Below, one piece after another: positions 61,300 through 64,000 of a DNA stretch of 64,000 nt. Source of the DNA: Lama glama (Eukaryota). Location of the stretch: the NCBI GenBank assembly GCA_028534125.1, contig CM052817.1, positions 13,952,001 through 14,016,000 of the forward strand, given 5' to 3'. Within the stretch, counting starts at the first letter, position 1. Each line of letters begins with the position of its first letter. The notes below the pieces were generated by a model. The model did no database searches. It saw only the letters and a list, made by a program, of their open reading frames with translations, and was not told where the DNA came from. Position numbers and translations under genes: made by a program.

Positions 61300-61900
61300 C
61301 ATCCCTGCCTCTCTCCCCTTCCCCACTGGCTCTGCTCTTCTTCACTCCAGTTGAAACTGCCATCACCTTGTTCCCAAACTGCTATAATAGCTGCCTGCAG
61401 GTCTTCGTCTTTACTGTCTTGTTCTGTTCCGTGCCTCTAGTCTGTTCTCCACAGCAATCTATGTGACATATACGTCAGATAATGTCAACATCCTGCTGAA
61501 AAGCCTTCAGTCACCTCCCATTAGGGAGGTCCAAAATCCTTAAAATGGCTTAGGAGATCTTCCAGTTCCTGGACTGGTTTCTCTCCAGTGTCTTCTTCAC
61601 TGCCCCTGACCTCTACCCTCCACCTATTCCACACATCCTTCATCCTTCATCGTTTCTCCTCTGGAATAGGCAATTCTCTCTAACGGGAATGACTGCTATT
61701 CAACTTTTAAGAACTTAAAGCTTAAGAATGTCTTCTTCTCTGAGAAGTTATTCTTTATTCTAGACCAATGTGGGTTCTACCAAACTAAATGCATTCCATT
61801 TCCTTTAGTGGAATCTACCTTTCCTCTACTATATCACTCTTTATATCATGTTATACATGTAGCATCAGTAGTCTCCAACAGATTGTGTAATAGTACCAAT
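61300..61900 (+). mobile_element. L2 LINE fragment
   Basis: CTAGTCTGTTCTCCACAGCA...GTCAGATAATGTCAACATCCTGCTGAAAAGCCTTCAGT...CCAAAATCCTTAAAATGGCTT. Confidence 0.65.
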
Positions 61901-63834
61901 GTTTTGCACCTAGCCTTCCCCTCTATTCAATAAGAGGTATCCTTTTGCTACAGGTAAGATTAGAAGGAATGAAATACAGCTTTTGGCTTCATAAACACTA
62001 CTTTGAAGCTCTGAGCCACACAATCATGAAACCCAAGGTACCGAAATTATAAAAAGAGATTTTTTTAATTCTAAATTTTCTCCAGTATATCTATATATCT
62101 GTATACCTATATCCATATCTCTATATAACTAGTATAATAGTGTTTTATTATAAACCATTGGTTGGAGACAATTAACAAGATTTATTTAAGGAAAGGTCCC
62201 GTAAGACAAAAAGAGGAATTAGAGTCTTTTGTTATCAAAAGAGAAAGACAAGTAGAAGAGAGATGGGAGATTAAATGCTCACTTTTCCCTCCTGGGGGTG
62301 ATGCTCCAAGTGAAAACAGTATGAGTTCACTTTTCTGAGATGTAGTTATTTCATTGTGCTCTACTTATAGAAGCTTTGTCGCTATGGCTCATTTTTTGCA
62401 TATGTAACAATGCACCTAGCACAAAAAAAAGATCCTTTATAAACATTTGTTGAATGACAAAGTAACTTAGTAGTGCTAATTAAGGAAAGACAAAAGTTTA
62501 GTGATTAATTTCTAACATGTTTCCTTAACTGTTTCCCACATCACTCTTCAAACACCCCTTCCCATCCTTGCACTCCGTGTCCACATCACACTGTTCCACC
62601 TAATGGATTTTTTTTTAATTTCACAGAGTTTCTGGTATCAGAGGTGATGTGTTTTCACTAAAATTCATAGACAAAAACCATGCTACTGGCTTCCACTTCA
62701 TTTGAACATGCAGCATTCTATACTTGAGCCATGTGATTTAGGAGATTTTTTTTAATTCAGTCGTTCCTTGCTTTGCAAAGGTCGATGGAAGACAGGTAAA
62801 GAAAGGGATGTGTAAAAGCACATTTACCTTTTTCATCACTAAAGGGACAGGTCTCTACATTTGGACTCTTTAATCTACTATAATAGATACAGTGAAATAT
62901 TAAAAGAGAATTTCTTTTTTCAGGCCCATTTCACAACACTCCTACCAAACTTAAGATTTCTAAAATCTAATAGAGAGGAAAACTTAAGCATTAAAAAATA
63001 GAACTTTAGGATATTATAGAGTTTTCCATTTCTCTCTTATTGTATCACTATTAATTAGTTAGCATTAATTAACTGTCTTCCAGATAGGATACCCAGGGCC
63101 ATATGTTGGGAGGTACAAAACCTAGGTAGAACAGATTCTGCCCCCAAAAGTACGTAGGGTATTTCAATTTATTGATATTTTCTAACCACTCTTTATAAAT
63201 ACCCCACCCCTCATAACAAAATTTTTCATTTTGTTTTGTTGGCAAAACACAAAAAAGAAGAAATTTATTCAGGTTAGATGAGAGAGATGCAAAATTAAAA
63301 TATAAAGGAATAGGTACTGGAGACTTATGTATTTTCTATAAAAATCCAAACTATTTTTTAAAGAAACATTTTAATTAAGCATTTAAATCCTTTGTTTTTC
63401 CCCCTTCTTTGCTCAATGTGCTTTATATCAAGTTACATCCTCAGTACCTTTCACATCCATCATTACCTCTCTATTCTTATAAACGCAGTCAAATTCAATC
63501 TGAGGGCAAGACCAGCTGTTTCTGTGCAGGGTGTAGAGTTTTCCCAAACTGGAGCTGAAATTTCCAGTGCATGACTAAGAAAATATTCTGCTTAGTACGA
63601 GCTAGACCAAGAAAAGTGGACCTTAATACAGGGACTTTAGGCTAGGAAATGGTATATCCAGGAGGAAATCTTAGGTAAAGATGTAATATATTTCCCTGGA
63701 ACAGTCACACTTGGTATTTATGGGTCAGGCAGTGTTAGGCACATGGGATTAAATCCCGCAAAAATTCAATTTTAGGATTTTCATTTTCAAACCATTATTT
63801 CCAACCTTCAGTAAAGTATTATTTAATGGCTTTG

Positions 63835-64000
63835 GGAAAAATTGAGATAAAATTGGCAGGTAACATTGTATTAGCTTTCAATGTACAACATAATAATTTG
63901 ATATATGGGTACACTGCAAAATGATTACCACAATAAATTTAGTTAACATCCATCCCCACGTATAGTTAGAAAAAAAAAGGTTTTTTGGGATGAGAACTTT
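63835..64000 (-). mobile_element. L1 (L1MA-type) 3' end, continuing beyond the window
   Basis: TTGAGATAAAATTGGCA...TGTACAACATAATAATTTGATAT...CAAAATGATTACCACAATAA...TAGTTAACATCCATC...GATGAGAAC. Confidence 0.8.

Noticed and set aside
461..63574. The many 60-156 aa ORFs in the six-frame track
   Set aside because: Apart from L1-derived ones, none resembles a protein I recognise; many start at non-ATG codons, lie in repeats or overlap on both strands, as expected for non-coding mammalian DNA.

Overview
This is AT-rich, CpG-depleted mammalian genomic DNA. A short tRNA-Ala-derived SINE at 47.4 kb and the absence of recognisable Alu, B1, Bov or Can SINEs suggest a camelid. I recognise no host protein-coding exon, so the window reads as the interior of a long intron or an intergenic region. 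It is dense in ancient repeats: MIR, L2, MaLR/ERVL/ERV1 solo LTRs, hAT DNA-transposon fossils and old L1M fragments. One young 5'-truncated L1 (11965-13764) has intact target-site duplications (TSDs), a disrupted ORF2 RT/C-terminus and a 500-N assembly gap. Apart from the L1-derived ORFs, the listed ORFs look like chance ORFs. I found no convincing novel biological system. The best leads, all unproven, are several candidate micro-exons/cryptic exons, repeat-poor motif-rich blocks that may be enhancers, and an LTR ATG in frame with the L1 reverse transcriptase. Repeat family names come from my recall of consensus sequences, not from a search, and boundaries of old repeats are approximate.
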